Source: an uncultured Acidobacteriota bacterium (GTDB lineage: Bacteria; Acidobacteriota; JAQAZP01). Taken from it: a stretch of 64,000 nucleotides of DNA. The DNA lies in contig CAWIIB010000001.1 in the NCBI GenBank assembly GCA_963836075.1, positions 1,120,001 through 1,184,000 of the forward strand, given 5' to 3'. The notes under the pieces are model-generated. The model saw nothing but the letters and a program-made list of their open reading frames with translations. It had not been told where the DNA came from and searched no databases. This document shows, one piece after another, positions 39,836 to 50,187 of this stretch (its first letter is position 1; each line of letters starts with the position of its first letter). The position numbers and the translations under genes are program-made.

Positions 39836-42442
39836 TCATTCAATGTATCCGAGGGCCCGGAGGTTTTCAGTCTCCTTATCGGAGAGTTTGGTTGGTCCCA
39901 TGTCTCCCCCACCCGGTATCCGCCAGACAAAGCAGCCGATCTTCGGATCCGACGGAACGATCGACTTGCCACTCCCCGCCAACAGTTCCGGACCAACCAA
40001 ATCCACCGGAACAGCGGGCGCGGGCTGGTTCCCCCCGCCGAGATAGATCGGCCACTCCGCGTGCTCGTCCAGGCTGTCAAGATGAAGGGTGGCACCCAAT
40101 TCTGGCCGTTCGAGGTCAAAGATAAATCCACGCGGCCATTTTTCCACACTGAACCTGAACCAGAGCCGCCGCCGATCTTCCGACAACCCGTAGGGCACGC
40201 CCTGAGAGCTGCTCAGTTTGATCCCCCGCACGGTGGTGATCGGCGTCTGGGCCACGATCTCACCTTTGACCGAAGTTTTTGTGGGATTGACGAATACCAC
40301 TCTCGTGCCACGCTCGGCCGCCTCCCGGTAAGTGGCCACACGGGCAGCCAGGGGAGCGGCCTGGGCCGCGTGTGATCCGAACAGGTTCTGTTGCTCTGCC
40401 GGGTCGGTTCCGAGATCGTAGAAAGCCTCCTCCTGCTGCGGGTCGAGCCGCAGGATATATTTGTAGTTACCGCTGGTCAGGCTGTAGAGTCTGTGCTTGT
40501 CCAGTGCCTGCTCGGCCAGAATCTCGACGGCCTCGGGATCACGCCCCGCCTCAACCGCAGCGGCGAAACTCGCTCCCGGCCCTGCCGGCCCCTCGATTTT
40601 GAGCCACTCGAGGAGTGAGGGCATCAGGTTGATCCCACTCACTGTTCCGCCCACCACGGTGCCCGCTTGCCGCTCCTCCGGCAGCCGCAGGAGCATGGGC
40701 AGTCGGAGCAGTTCCTCGTGCAGTGAATTCCCGTGACCCCAGTTCCGGTGGTCGTTGAGTTCCTCCCCGTGGTCAGAGAGAAAGAGGGTGTACGAGCTGT
40801 CATACAGCTTCAGCTTTTTCAGCATGCTGATGAAGCGGCCGAAGCAGTGGTCGCCAAAAGCAATTTCGCTGTCGTAGAGGGCCTCGAACTGCCGTTTTTC
40901 GGCTTCGGTGGCCACTCCCACCCACTGACCAGGATCACCCACCTTCTTGGTGAACCGCCCGCGGTAGACTTTATTGAACATCCGGCAGTACTCTGGCGGC
41001 GGTCGATAGGGGGAATGGGGATCGACGGTGTGGATGAAGAGAAAGAAGGGCTCATCACCAACCTCTTCAAGCCAGGGGACAAGATCGGAGAGTATTTTTA
41101 GAGTCCCGCGGCCTTCCCGGCTCCTATGGACACGGAAGGTGTATACCTCCTCGAAACCCCGGCAGATGTCCCAGCCCTTGGAGTGGAAGACGGCATTGGC
41201 GGAGAAAGCCGTGGTGCGGTATCCCGCTTCCCGCAGCACCTGGGCCAGGGTGGTCACCTGGGGCAACAATCGGTCAGTGCGGCCCACCGCGCCGTGAGCC
41301 GAGGGGTGGAGTCCGGTAAAGAGTGTGGCGATGGAGGCTTTGGTCCAAGAGCTGTTGGAGAGCATGTTCTGGAACTGGACGGCCTCCCGGGCAAAGGCGT
41401 CGGTGTGGGGCGTGGTTGCCCTCTGATAACCGTAGCAGCCCATGTGGTCCTCGCGCTGAGTGTCCACCAGCCAGACGATGAGCGACGGCTTCGACGCCTC
41501 CCCGGGGGGAGCAACTGACCGGAGCTGCGGCCGCACCCAGCCCACATTTCCAGCCAGGGGCAGACATGTCTTGCCCTTGAAAGTGGTGCCGAAGGTCAGA
41601 TCCACCCCTTCCCCGGCCAGGGCGCCCAGTTCGACCACGGCGGATTCAGCGGCCTGGGCCGGACTGTCGGGGCCCAGGATCACCTCTCTTTTGAAGAGCG
41701 ATCTCGAGAAAAATCCGCTCGAGGCGGTGACCTCGAAGACCAACTTCCCCTCTGGAACGGCAGCGGCCGGAAAGTCATACGCGGTCTCAAAGGTCAGCCG
41801 TGACGAACCGGCGGCCCGCAACCGGTAGGTCAGCCTGGTAGGCGGCGGTCCGGGGAGCAGTTGAGTCCGCCGGTTTTGGAACTGAATCATGCTGTAGGTG
41901 GGGGGGAGCACCAGCGCGCTAAGGCTGACACCAACGGCATCCAGCGTTTGGAGAGTCAGCAGGTTGGCCTGGGGCTGGAGAAGGCCCGCCGGCACCTTCA
42001 AGAAATAATTCCTTTCAGTTTCTCTGACCGACGTTTCCCCCAGGTCCTCCCCGTTGAGCATGATCCGAACCCGTCCGGACCGGGAGGCGCGCAAGGCCAT
42101 GCCGAGACGGGTGGCAGAGCGCTCCCAGGGGGAGTCGAACCGGAGCCGCACCTGGGGGGTGGAGGCCTGGGCATGAGCCGATTCAGGGCTCTTCCTGAAG
42201 CCGCTTTCCAGGAGCTGGGAGGATTTGTTGATGGCGATTGCCTGCTGGCCAAGATCCACCTCGGCTTCATTGAAAGCGGCAATAAAATCGTAGTTCTCCA
42301 CTTGCGGGAACTCCGGCCTGGTCTGGCAGCCGATGAAGAAAATGACAGGTAAGTAGATCAGGATCGTGGCCAGCTCCGCCAGGTGGAATTGGCTGCCCAG
42401 CCGTCGGCCGAATCGTTCCTCAACCTCAGCAAGTCTTCTCAT
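39836..42442 (-). CDS. Sulfatase-like hydrolase (alkaline phosphatase superfamily), membrane-anchored or lipoprotein; start uncertain
   Basis: LVDTQREDH, YGY.R.TTP, SSWTKASIATLFTG, DPHSPY, YDSEI, LSDHGE, GHGNSLHEE, terminal LRALGY; possible lipobox IFFIGC. Confidence 0.85.
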   Translation of the reverse strand: MRRLAEVEERFGRRLGSQFHLAELATILIYLPVIFFIGCQTRPEFPQVENYDFIAAFNEAEVDLGQQAIAINKSSQLLESGFRKSPESAHAQASTPQVRLRFDSPWERSATRLGMALRASRSGRVRIMLNGEDLGETSVRETERNYFLKVPAGLLQPQANLLTLQTLDAVGVSLSALVLPPTYSMIQFQNRRTQLLPGPPPTRLTYRLRAAGSSRLTFETAYDFPAAAVPEGKLVFEVTASSGFFSRSLFKREVILGPDSPAQAAESAVVELGALAGEGVDLTFGTTFKGKTCLPLAGNVGWVRPQLRSVAPPGEASKPSLIVWLVDTQREDHMGCYGYQRATTPHTDAFAREAVQFQNMLSNSSWTKASIATLFTGLHPSAHGAVGRTDRLLPQVTTLAQVLREAGYRTTAFSANAVFHSKGWDICRGFEEVYTFRVHRSREGRGTLKILSDLVPWLEEVGDEPFFLFIHTVDPHSPYRPPPEYCRMFNKVYRGRFTKKVGDPGQWVGVATEAEKRQFEALYDSEIAFGDHCFGRFISMLKKLKLYDSSYTLFLSDHGEELNDHRNWGHGNSLHEELLRLPMLLRLPEERQAGTVVGGTVSGINLMPSLLEWLKIEGPAGPGASFAAAVEAGRDPEAVEILAEQALDKHRLYSLTSGNYKYILRLDPQQEEAFYDLGTDPAEQQNLFGSHAAQAAPLAARVATYREAAERGTRVVFVNPTKTSVKGEIVAQTPITTVRGIKLSSSQGVPYGLSEDRRRLWFRFSVEKWPRGFIFDLERPELGATLHLDSLDEHAEWPIYLGGGNQPAPAVPVDLVGPELLAGSGKSIVPSDPKIGCFVWRIPGGGDMGPTKLSDKETENLRALGYIE

Positions 42443-42904
42443 CTGGAAATCTCCACACTTTCCATACCTGCGGTCTTCCTGGCCGGGAAGGGGACGCATG
42501 ATCCTTCAGCATCCATTATCCAATCCCTGTAAATATTCCCCGCAGCGATAACGTCTTGATTCGAAAGAGAATTGTCTGAGGTTATTTACGTTTCGCAGCC
42601 GTCTCATCATATATGAATTCTTCAACGGAAAAGAGTAGGGAAGATCTTTTCCCGAGTCAATCCACTCAGGATGAACATGGGCCGTTTTACTCGTTGCCGA
42701 TTCTAAGTTTGAAGGGTTCGGGTGATTCTATATTGCCATGGAGCATACGATTGAACGCTGGAGATGAATACAACGGCGTCAGTTCTCGCGGTGAAGGATC
42801 TTTGGGGGAGTATACGGCTTTCGCCTGTGGCGGGGATTGTCAGTGTTCGCAAGGATTCAAGGGAATGGCGACCAAAACCGTTTTACATCGCCCACACGAA
42901 AGTC

Positions 42905-42940
42905 AAAACCCTCGCCCTGCTGGAAAAGCAAGGCGAGGGT
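42905..42940 (-). terminator. Rho-independent terminator after tRNA-Ser
   Basis: On the minus strand: ACCCTCGCCTTGC-TTTTCCA-GCAGGGCGAGGGTTTT. Confidence 0.8.
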
Positions 42941-42955
42941 CCGAATTGTTGGGGC

Positions 42956-43045
<90 letters not shown>

Positions 43046-43113
43046 ATATGTCTGTTTCACGCTCCGCGGTTCAATCGTGTGGTGACGATTCCCCCCGGAT
43101 CGCGTGTCAAGGC

Positions 43114-43199
43114 TGGCGGAGGGAGTAGGATTCGAACCCACGGAACTTGCGTTCAACGGTTTTCAAGACCGCCGCCTTCGACCACTCGGCCATCCCTCC
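43114..43199 (-). tRNA. tRNA-Ser(TGA)
   Basis: GGAGGGATGGCCGAGTGGTCGAAGGCGGCGGTCTTGAAAACCGT...GGTTCGAATCCTACTCCCTCCGCCA. Confidence 0.95.
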
Positions 43200-43222
43200 G
43201 TGTCACGCCTCAAAACGTGGTG

Positions 43223-43251
43223 AGTCTAGGGAATGCGGTTGGGGATGTCAA
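43223..43251 (-). promoter_or_regulatory. Putative tRNA promoter
   Basis: TTGACA (43251-43246), 17 bp spacer, TAGACT (43228-43223). Confidence 0.7.
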
Positions 43252-43254
43252 GGT

Positions 43255-44535
43255 TTACCGGAGGACATCCATCCCGTCCATGTAGGGCTGCAGCGCCTCG
43301 GGGATGCGCACGCTGCCGTCGGCCTGCTGGTACTGTTCCAGCAGGGCCACCATGGTGCGCCCCACTGCCAGGCCCGACCCGTTGAGGGTGTGCACGTATT
43401 CCGCCTTGCCGCCCCCCTCGGGCTTGAAGCGTATCCCGGCCCGGCGGGCCTGAAAATCCTCGAAATTGGAGCAGGACGAGATCTCGCGGTAGGTGTTCTG
43501 GCTCGGCACCCAGACCTCCAGGTCGTAGGTCTTGGCCGCTGAGAAGCCGAGGTCGCCGGTGCAGAGGCTCACCACCCGGTAGTGCAGCCCCAGCCGCTGG
43601 AGTACCGCCTCGGCGTGGCCGGTGAGCCGCTCCAGTTCGTTGTAGGATTCGTCCGGTTCCACAAAACTGACCAGTTCCACCTTGTTGAACTGGTGCTGCC
43701 GGATCAGGCCCTTGGTGTCCTTGCCCCAGGAGCCGGCCTCACTGCGGAAGCAGGGGGTGAAGGCCGTGTAGCGGATGGGCAGCTCCGCGCCCTTCAGACG
43801 TTCGCCGGCATGGATGTTGGTCACCGGCACCTCGGCGGTGGGAATCAGGTAGTAGTCCAGCCCCTCCTGCTTCTCCAGCTTGAACAGGTCCTCGGCAAAC
43901 TTCGGCAGTTGGCCGGTGGCGAAGAGGCTGCCAGCGTTGACGATATACGGCGGTATCACCTCGAGATAGCCGTGCTCCCTGGTCTGCATGTCGAGCATCA
44001 GGCTGGCCAGCCCCCGCTCCATCCGGGCCCCGTCCCCGCGGAGCAGCGCAAAGCGGCTGCCGGTCATCCGGGCCGCCCGCTTGAAGTCAACGATGCCCAG
44101 TTCCACGCCCAGGTCGTCGTGGGCTTTGACCGGGAAATCCATCAACGGCTTGTCGCCCACCACCCGTACCACCGGATTGTCTTTTTCGCTGGCGCCCAGG
44201 GGCACCGAAGCGTGCGGCAGGTTGGGGATCCGCTCGATGATCCGCTGCAGCGTGGCCTCGCACTCCTTGAGCCGCTGGTCGCTCTCCCTGATCGACTCGG
44301 AAAGCTGCCGCACCTCGGCCTGTGCTGCGGAAGCGTCCTGCCCCTGCTTGCGCAGGGCGCCGATTTCTTTGGACCGCACGTTCCGCTCCTGTTTGCGGCT
44401 CTCCACCTCCGTCAGCAGGCGGCGACGCTCGCCGTCGCACTGGATGAACTCATCCAGGTTCAATTCTTCACCGCGGGTCGCGATCTTGGCGATCAGCGCC
44501 TCGACGTTTTCGCGGACGAACGAAAGGTCATACAT
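43255..44535 (-). CDS. serS: Serine--tRNA ligase
   Basis: N-terminal coiled coil, [49 protein letters not shown]. Confidence 0.98.
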   Translation of the reverse strand: MYDLSFVRENVEALIAKIATRGEELNLDEFIQCDGERRRLLTEVESRKQERNVRSKEIGALRKQGQDASAAQAEVRQLSESIRESDQRLKECEATLQRIIERIPNLPHASVPLGASEKDNPVVRVVGDKPLMDFPVKAHDDLGVELGIVDFKRAARMTGSRFALLRGDGARMERGLASLMLDMQTREHGYLEVIPPYIVNAGSLFATGQLPKFAEDLFKLEKQEGLDYYLIPTAEVPVTNIHAGERLKGAELPIRYTAFTPCFRSEAGSWGKDTKGLIRQHQFNKVELVSFVEPDESYNELERLTGHAEAVLQRLGLHYRVVSLCTGDLGFSAAKTYDLEVWVPSQNTYREISSCSNFEDFQARRAGIRFKPEGGGKAEYVHTLNGSGLAVGRTMVALLEQYQQADGSVRIPEALQPYMDGMDVLR

Positions 44536-44686
44536 CAAATCTCACCTGTGGGCCCGTCGCACCCGATTGCCATGCCGGCCCGGGACCGCCGGCGTGCACC
44601 GGCAACCGTCCCCGTTAAAAAAAGCGCCCCGCCGTGAGCGGCGATCTTCACCAAAACCAGACCCGAAAAAACCGCTATTGTTTGCG

Positions 44687-44699
44687 TATCAAGCACTTG
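44687..44699 (+). promoter_or_regulatory. IHF-consensus site in divergent intergenic region
   Basis: TATCAAGCACTTG matches WATCAANNNNTTR; such short motifs also occur by chance. Confidence 0.3.
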
Positions 44700-44928
44700 G
44701 AATTTCAGCAGTCCCGGGTGGAGGAGCCCCAATCTATCCGAAGCGCCGGTTCTTGTCAAATCCAGCAACCACGGGGTTTTGCAGTGCATCTCATCCATGC
44801 TATGATCGGTCACGTATTCCTCCACTACGACAAAGTTGTTCGGCCCCCGGGGGAAGTGTCGGTGAATGCGATCAGGGGGGGCGTTAGAGGCGGCCTCAGC
44901 AGACGGAAATTAACGAACACAATTTCAG

Positions 44929-45897
44929 ATGACCATGCCACAAGCGGCACTGCCACAGGATACTGCCGACGAGAGGGTGGATGCTCTCTTCGGCCTGCTG
45001 CCCGACGATACCCGGCTGATCCTCCGCCGGGACAAGGGGGGCACTCTGCGGCTCTCCATCCCCGGAGTGCGGGCCCGGCTCCCCCTGGTGGTGGTGGACG
45101 GCCAGGAGCCGGACCAGGAGTCGGTGGAACAGGCGGAATCGTTCGCCCGCCGTGGCCGCTCCTTCGTGGTGTTGATCACCCCCGGCGACCCTGACCCCGA
45201 GGTGCTGTACTGGGCATACAGCCTGAAGGGGTGCCAGGTGGTGGAAGTTCCCCCCGAACGCACCCGGTCAGCCGTAAGGCGCCTGGAGTGCCTGGTCTGC
45301 CAGCGCGACCGGCGCAACCTGTCCCCGGAACCCCCGGGCCCCTCGGCAGCGCGCCAGCTGGGCCGCGGGCCGCTCTCGCGGCTCTCCTCCGGCAACCGGC
45401 CCAGGGCGGTGGCCAATATTTTTCAGCAGCTCTTCGAGGAGTGGGCCGAAGAACTGGGCATCCCGCTCAAAGCCCTCTCCCCTTCCGCGGTGGAACTACT
45501 GGTCAACCGGCTGCACAGCCGCAAGTTGACCGATTTCCGGCGACTTTCCCGTGACCTGTCCGTTCGCTGGACCCAGCCGGCCATCGACCGCCAGGCGGTC
45601 CTCGAGTTTGAGGACGGCCACCCGCGGCAGGGCGGCAGCCACGAGGAGGAGATGAACCCGCTGCGCCGGGCCCTCTTCACCCTGCTCAACGGGCAGTCAG
45701 AATCCCCTTTCACCGCGGAAGCGTTCCAGCAGGCCCCGATGGGGCTCGAGCGGGCGATCATCTCCATGGCGCTGGCCCACGCCCGCGGCACGCAGACCCG
45801 TGCCGCCAAATTGCTGGGCATCACCCGCAGTACGTTGCAGACCCGTCTCAAGCAGCTGGAGATCGACCCGAACGCGTTCAAACGCAACAATTCATAG
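44929..45897 (+). CDS. Fis-type HTH transcriptional regulator with degenerate NtrC-like body
   Basis: C-terminal LERAIISMALAHARGTQTRAAKLLGITRSTLQTRLKQL (HTH_8); KALSPSAVELL resembles the AAA+ lid; no GAFTGA or Walker motifs. Confidence 0.7.
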   Translation: MTMPQAALPQDTADERVDALFGLLPDDTRLILRRDKGGTLRLSIPGVRARLPLVVVDGQEPDQESVEQAESFARRGRSFVVLITPGDPDPEVLYWAYSLKGCQVVEVPPERTRSAVRRLECLVCQRDRRNLSPEPPGPSAARQLGRGPLSRLSSGNRPRAVANIFQQLFEEWAEELGIPLKALSPSAVELLVNRLHSRKLTDFRRLSRDLSVRWTQPAIDRQAVLEFEDGHPRQGGSHEEEMNPLRRALFTLLNGQSESPFTAEAFQQAPMGLERAIISMALAHARGTQTRAAKLLGITRSTLQTRLKQLEIDPNAFKRNNS

Positions 45898-45938
45898 CAG
45901 CCTCGACAACGGGCAATCATGGTTCCAGGGAGGCAGGA

Positions 45939-47504
45939 ATGGCCAGCGAAAACGGTTCGGACGCCTTCAAGCTTTACTACCGTCTGGGAAGCAAAGACTA
46001 CCTCTTTCTCAACCTGATGATCGGCTTCGAACGCACGCTGCGGCTTTATGACCTGCGGGGCGACTCCAAGTATTTCGGGCCGCACTACATGCGCCGGCTG
46101 GGGCGGGCCCTGGGATCCCGCCTGGAAGAGGGCCAGTATCTGGCGGTGAGCGGCGACAACCGCGAGAGCACCGAGCCGCTGAAGAAAGCGCTGATCAAGG
46201 CGGTGAACGAGACCGGCGTCAACGTGCTCGATCTGGGCATGACCCCCACCCCGGTGACCTACCTGGCCAACTTTCTCGTGGAGGACCTGCCGGTGGCCGG
46301 GTCGGTGATGATCACCGCCTCGCACTGCGAGAAACACGAGAACGGGATGAAGATCGTGGTCAAACAGCGGCCGCTGTGCGGTGACCAGCTGAAGTCGCTG
46401 GCCATGGATGCGCTCAACGACAACTGGCGCATTTCCACCACCCCGGGCATCCGGCAACGGCACAACATCAATCCCCAGTACAACCGGATTGTCGACCGCA
46501 TGGTGGACCAGTTGCGCGGCAAAATGAATCGTGAACTGCTGGCCACGGTGGTCATCGATGGCGGGCACGGCCTGATCGGCCCCCGGGCGACCAAGGTCTA
46601 CGAGCGCGACCTCGGCCTTTACACCCACAAGCTCTACTGCTCACCGGACCGCTCCTTCTCCGCCCACTCTCCCGATCCCTCGCGGAAGCTGAACATGATC
46701 AACCTGGCCAGCACGGTCTCCTCGTACCAGGAGTCGGCGATCCTCGGCCTGGCCTTTGACGGTGACGGTGACCGCCTGAGTGTGGTGGACGGCAACGGCA
46801 GGATGTATTTCGGCCCCGAGCTGACCACGCTTTTCCTGGTGCAGCAGGTTCGGGGTGCGGGCGAGGCGCGATTCGCCGCCGACACCCAGCTGCCGCTGTC
46901 GGTCATCCGCTGGATTGCCGGCAACCTGCAGGACGGCCTCTGCATCATCCGCGAGCCCGGCAACCCGCAGTTCAAGGAAACGATCCTCGAGGAACGGCTG
47001 CTCTTCGGCGGGGAGACCTCCGGCCACTTCCTCTTCACTCCGCTGGACGAGGACCAGCGCTACCGCCACGTGGCGGTGGACGACGCCCTGCTGGCCAGCC
47101 TGCACCTGGTGCAGTCGGTCTACGCCTCGGGGAAGAACTTCCGCCAGATGGCCGAAGGGATCCTGAACGAGGTGGACGACGGGTCGACAAAGGTCTGGTC
47201 CAAGCGGTTCGCCTTGCCCGAAGAGCACCGGGTGGCCCTGCTGCGCGAGGTGTCGTCGAGGTTCAAGACCAGTATCCCCGATCTGGGACCCAGGTTGCAG
47301 TTCCGCTGCAGCGAGTCGATAAAGCACTTCTCGAAGAAAATGGACGAAGTGCTCACCATCCGTCCCTCGCAGACCGAGCCGATCCTCAAGGTGCAGTGGG
47401 AAGGGCCCGAGGGATCGAAATCGAAAGCCACGGCCGGACTGAAGAACGAGCTGATCGAATGCTACCGCAGGGCCGGTGCCCCGCTGCCCCGGAACCTGTC
47501 CTGA
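45939..47504 (+). CDS. Divergent phosphomannomutase/phosphoglucomutase
   Basis: DLRG, GMTPTP, MITASH, AFDGDGDR, GGETSGH, RPSQTEP. Confidence 0.85.
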   Translation: MASENGSDAFKLYYRLGSKDYLFLNLMIGFERTLRLYDLRGDSKYFGPHYMRRLGRALGSRLEEGQYLAVSGDNRESTEPLKKALIKAVNETGVNVLDLGMTPTPVTYLANFLVEDLPVAGSVMITASHCEKHENGMKIVVKQRPLCGDQLKSLAMDALNDNWRISTTPGIRQRHNINPQYNRIVDRMVDQLRGKMNRELLATVVIDGGHGLIGPRATKVYERDLGLYTHKLYCSPDRSFSAHSPDPSRKLNMINLASTVSSYQESAILGLAFDGDGDRLSVVDGNGRMYFGPELTTLFLVQQVRGAGEARFAADTQLPLSVIRWIAGNLQDGLCIIREPGNPQFKETILEERLLFGGETSGHFLFTPLDEDQRYRHVAVDDALLASLHLVQSVYASGKNFRQMAEGILNEVDDGSTKVWSKRFALPEEHRVALLREVSSRFKTSIPDLGPRLQFRCSESIKHFSKKMDEVLTIRPSQTEPILKVQWEGPEGSKSKATAGLKNELIECYRRAGAPLPRNLS

Positions 47505-47627
47505 TCGTGAGGTCCGATCACGCCGGCCTCGCACCACCCCCCTCTTTGGCCGCCTTCACCGGTCGGGTATAATGATCCGGACCGTCAATTTGGAAACCAT
47601 TACACTGGTCAGAGAAAGGGAACAGGG

Positions 47628-48542
47628 ATGATCAGACCTCGTCCGGCCGCCGGCAGGAGCAGAATCGAGCGGTGTGCGGCAGTTGCCCTGCTGATCTGCC
47701 TGGCCGTTCTGCCGCTCACCGGCTGCGGCCTGACAAAGAAACTGCCGGCAAAGATGATGGGCTCCACTTTTGACGGACTGAGCGACGCCATTGCCAGCCA
47801 GCCCGATGTGCGGATGGTGCAGGATGCGCTGCCGGCCTACATGCTGCTGATGGACGGGCTGCTGATCTCTTCACCCGACGACGTGGCCCTGCTGCGCACC
47901 GCTGCCCGTTCCTATTCCTCCTATGCCTCGGCCTTTGTCCCCGAGGAAGAGCCGGAGCGGCTGGTCCACCTCTATTCCCGCGCCAGGAGCTACAGCCTGC
48001 GCCTGCTGGACCAGACCCGGCCGGAAATCGCTGCCGCCCTGCGCGGTCCCAGTCGGGATTTCGAGGGGATTCTCCCCACCATCGTCAGGGAGGACGTCCC
48101 CGATGTATTTCTTGCCGGAAGCTGCCTTGCCGGCTGGATTACAGCCAACAAGGATTCAATGGCCGCCATCGCCGAACAGCCGAAGCTGGTGGCCTTGATG
48201 GAGCGGCTGCTGGAACTTGACGAGGGGCACTTCTACGGCGGCCCGCACCTCTTCTTCGGGATCTATTACGGAGTCAAGCCCGAGGCCTTCGGTGGCAAAC
48301 CGGAGCAGTCGCGAGCCCACTTCGAGCGGGCGCTGGAGTTCAGCGGGGAGAAATTCCTAATGACCAGAGTGCTCTACGCCGAGTATTACGCCCGGCAGGT
48401 GTTCGACCAGGAACTATACGAATCGCTGCTCCGCCAGGTTCTGGATGCGCCGGTGGAGGATTACCCGGAGAGCCGGCTGATGAACGAGGTGGCCCGGATC
48501 AAGGCCCGGACGCTGCTGGAGCTGTCCGAAGACTATTTCTGA
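47628..48542 (+). CDS. TRAP transporter T-component (TatT) lipoprotein
   Basis: Lipobox LTGC, TPR-like helices (HFERAL, YAEYYA); lies directly upstream of dctPQM. Confidence 0.85.
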   Translation: MIRPRPAAGRSRIERCAAVALLICLAVLPLTGCGLTKKLPAKMMGSTFDGLSDAIASQPDVRMVQDALPAYMLLMDGLLISSPDDVALLRTAARSYSSYASAFVPEEEPERLVHLYSRARSYSLRLLDQTRPEIAAALRGPSRDFEGILPTIVREDVPDVFLAGSCLAGWITANKDSMAAIAEQPKLVALMERLLELDEGHFYGGPHLFFGIYYGVKPEAFGGKPEQSRAHFERALEFSGEKFLMTRVLYAEYYARQVFDQELYESLLRQVLDAPVEDYPESRLMNEVARIKARTLLELSEDYF

Positions 48543-48595
48543 CAACCAGTCCGCACCTGCCCTGCCTGAATCAGAGCAGGTTTTCTTAGGGAGGT

Positions 48596-49660
48596 TTGCA
48601 CATGACCAGGCAAGGCAGGTGGCCGGTCTTCAATTTGACCCTGATCGCCGTTTTCGCCCTCACCGTCCTGCTGGCCGGGACCCGGGCCAGCGCAGCGACA
48701 AAACGGTTGGGCAAAGCCACACACACGATCAAGGTGGCCACCCTCGCCCCGGACGGCAGCACCTGGATGGACATCTTCCACGAGATGAATGCCGAGGTCT
48801 ACGAAAAGACCGGGCAGCAGGTGAAGTTCAAGGTCTACCCCGGAGGCGTGCTGGGCAGCGAGTCGGATGTGATCCGCAAGATCCGGGTGGGCCAGGTCCA
48901 CGGCAGCGCTTTCACCGGCACCGGTCTGACCGAGATTTACCCCGACCTGCGGGCCATGGGGTTGCCGCTGCTCTTCCGGAGCCACCAGGAGTTCAACTAC
49001 GTTCTGGACAAGCTCCAGCCGCGGCTGGAGCAGGAATTCGGCAAGAAGGGCTACGTGATCCTCGGCTGGCCCCAGCTCGGTTTCACCTACTGCTTCTCGC
49101 GCAGGGAGATCCGCAGCGTGGAGGACCTGCGCCAGGCCAAGCCCTGGATGTGGGGCAACGACCCGATCATGAGCACCATCTTCAGTGAGGCCCGGGTCAA
49201 CCCGGTGAGCGTCGATGTGGGCGACGTGCTCACCGGTCTGCAGACCGGATTGCTGGATACGGCATTCAATACCCCCCTGGGCGTTATCGCCCTGCAGTGG
49301 TTCACCCGGCTGGAAACGATGACCGACCTGCCGCTGACCTACTCCACCGGCGGCCTGCTGGTGACGAAAAAGAGCTTCGGCAGCCTGCCGCCCGGCCTGC
49401 AGCAGACGGTCAATGACATCTGCAGGAAGCACATCGACCGACTGTCCAGAGAAACGCGCAAGGAGAACAAGGAGGCGGTGGAGGTCTTCAAGAAAGAAGG
49501 CATCCGCGTGGTCCAGCCCACCAAGGAAGGGCTGCGGCAGTTCAGGGAACTCAGCAGCCAGGTGGAAGCCAGGCTCAAGGGAAATGGCTACTCAGCCGAA
49601 TTCCACGCCCTGGTCACGGGCTACCTGGAAGAGTTTCGCCAGGCGCAGGGAGGCGAATGA
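48596..49660 (+). CDS. dctP: TRAP substrate-binding protein (DctP/TatP)
   Basis: IKVATLAPDGSTW, YPGGVLGSE, LQTGLLD, QWF. Confidence 0.92.
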   Translation: MHMTRQGRWPVFNLTLIAVFALTVLLAGTRASAATKRLGKATHTIKVATLAPDGSTWMDIFHEMNAEVYEKTGQQVKFKVYPGGVLGSESDVIRKIRVGQVHGSAFTGTGLTEIYPDLRAMGLPLLFRSHQEFNYVLDKLQPRLEQEFGKKGYVILGWPQLGFTYCFSRREIRSVEDLRQAKPWMWGNDPIMSTIFSEARVNPVSVDVGDVLTGLQTGLLDTAFNTPLGVIALQWFTRLETMTDLPLTYSTGGLLVTKKSFGSLPPGLQQTVNDICRKHIDRLSRETRKENKEAVEVFKKEGIRVVQPTKEGLRQFRELSSQVEARLKGNGYSAEFHALVTGYLEEFRQAQGGE

Positions 49661-50187
49661 GCGAGCGCGGAACAACCGGCCGGGGCGTGATCCGGACCCT
49701 GCACCAGTTGGAGTCCGGTCTGATGACCACTCTCATGGTGGCCATGATCCTGATGGCCTTTGGCCAGATTGTCCTGCGCAACATCTTCGAGGTCAGCATT
49801 CTCTGGGCCGATCCGTTCCTGCGCCACCTGGTGCTCTGGACCGGCATGCTCGGCGCCGCCATGGCCACCCGTGACGGCCGGCACATCAAGATGGACGTCC
49901 TGCCCCAGTTGCTGCCGCCCCGCGGGAAGGCGATTCTCTCCGCGCTGACCAACCTCTTCTCTGCCGGTATCTGTTGCATCCTGTCCTGGGCGGCGGTGCG
50001 GTTCGTCCGGGACGAGCTGGAGTTCGGCGGAACCGCGTTCCTCGACATCCCCACCTGGATCGTCCAGCTGATCCTGCCCGCCGCATTCGTCATCATCACT
50101 GTCCGTTTTTTCATCTTTGCCATCACCTCGGCGCGCAGCGCCTGGCGGAACGATGCGGACGAGACCTTCGGGGAGGATGCGGCATGA
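49657..50187 (+). CDS. dctQ: TRAP small permease
   Basis: 4 TM, QIVLRN...WADP, HIKMD; ATGA coupling at both ends. Confidence 0.92.
   Translation: MSERGTTGRGVIRTLHQLESGLMTTLMVAMILMAFGQIVLRNIFEVSILWADPFLRHLVLWTGMLGAAMATRDGRHIKMDVLPQLLPPRGKAILSALTNLFSAGICCILSWAAVRFVRDELEFGGTAFLDIPTWIVQLILPAAFVIITVRFFIFAITSARSAWRNDADETFGEDAA

Noticed and set aside
43114-43199. Possible selenocysteine or suppressor tRNA
   Set aside because: The anticodon is TGA (reads UCA, Ser), not TCA; normal tRNA-Ser structure.
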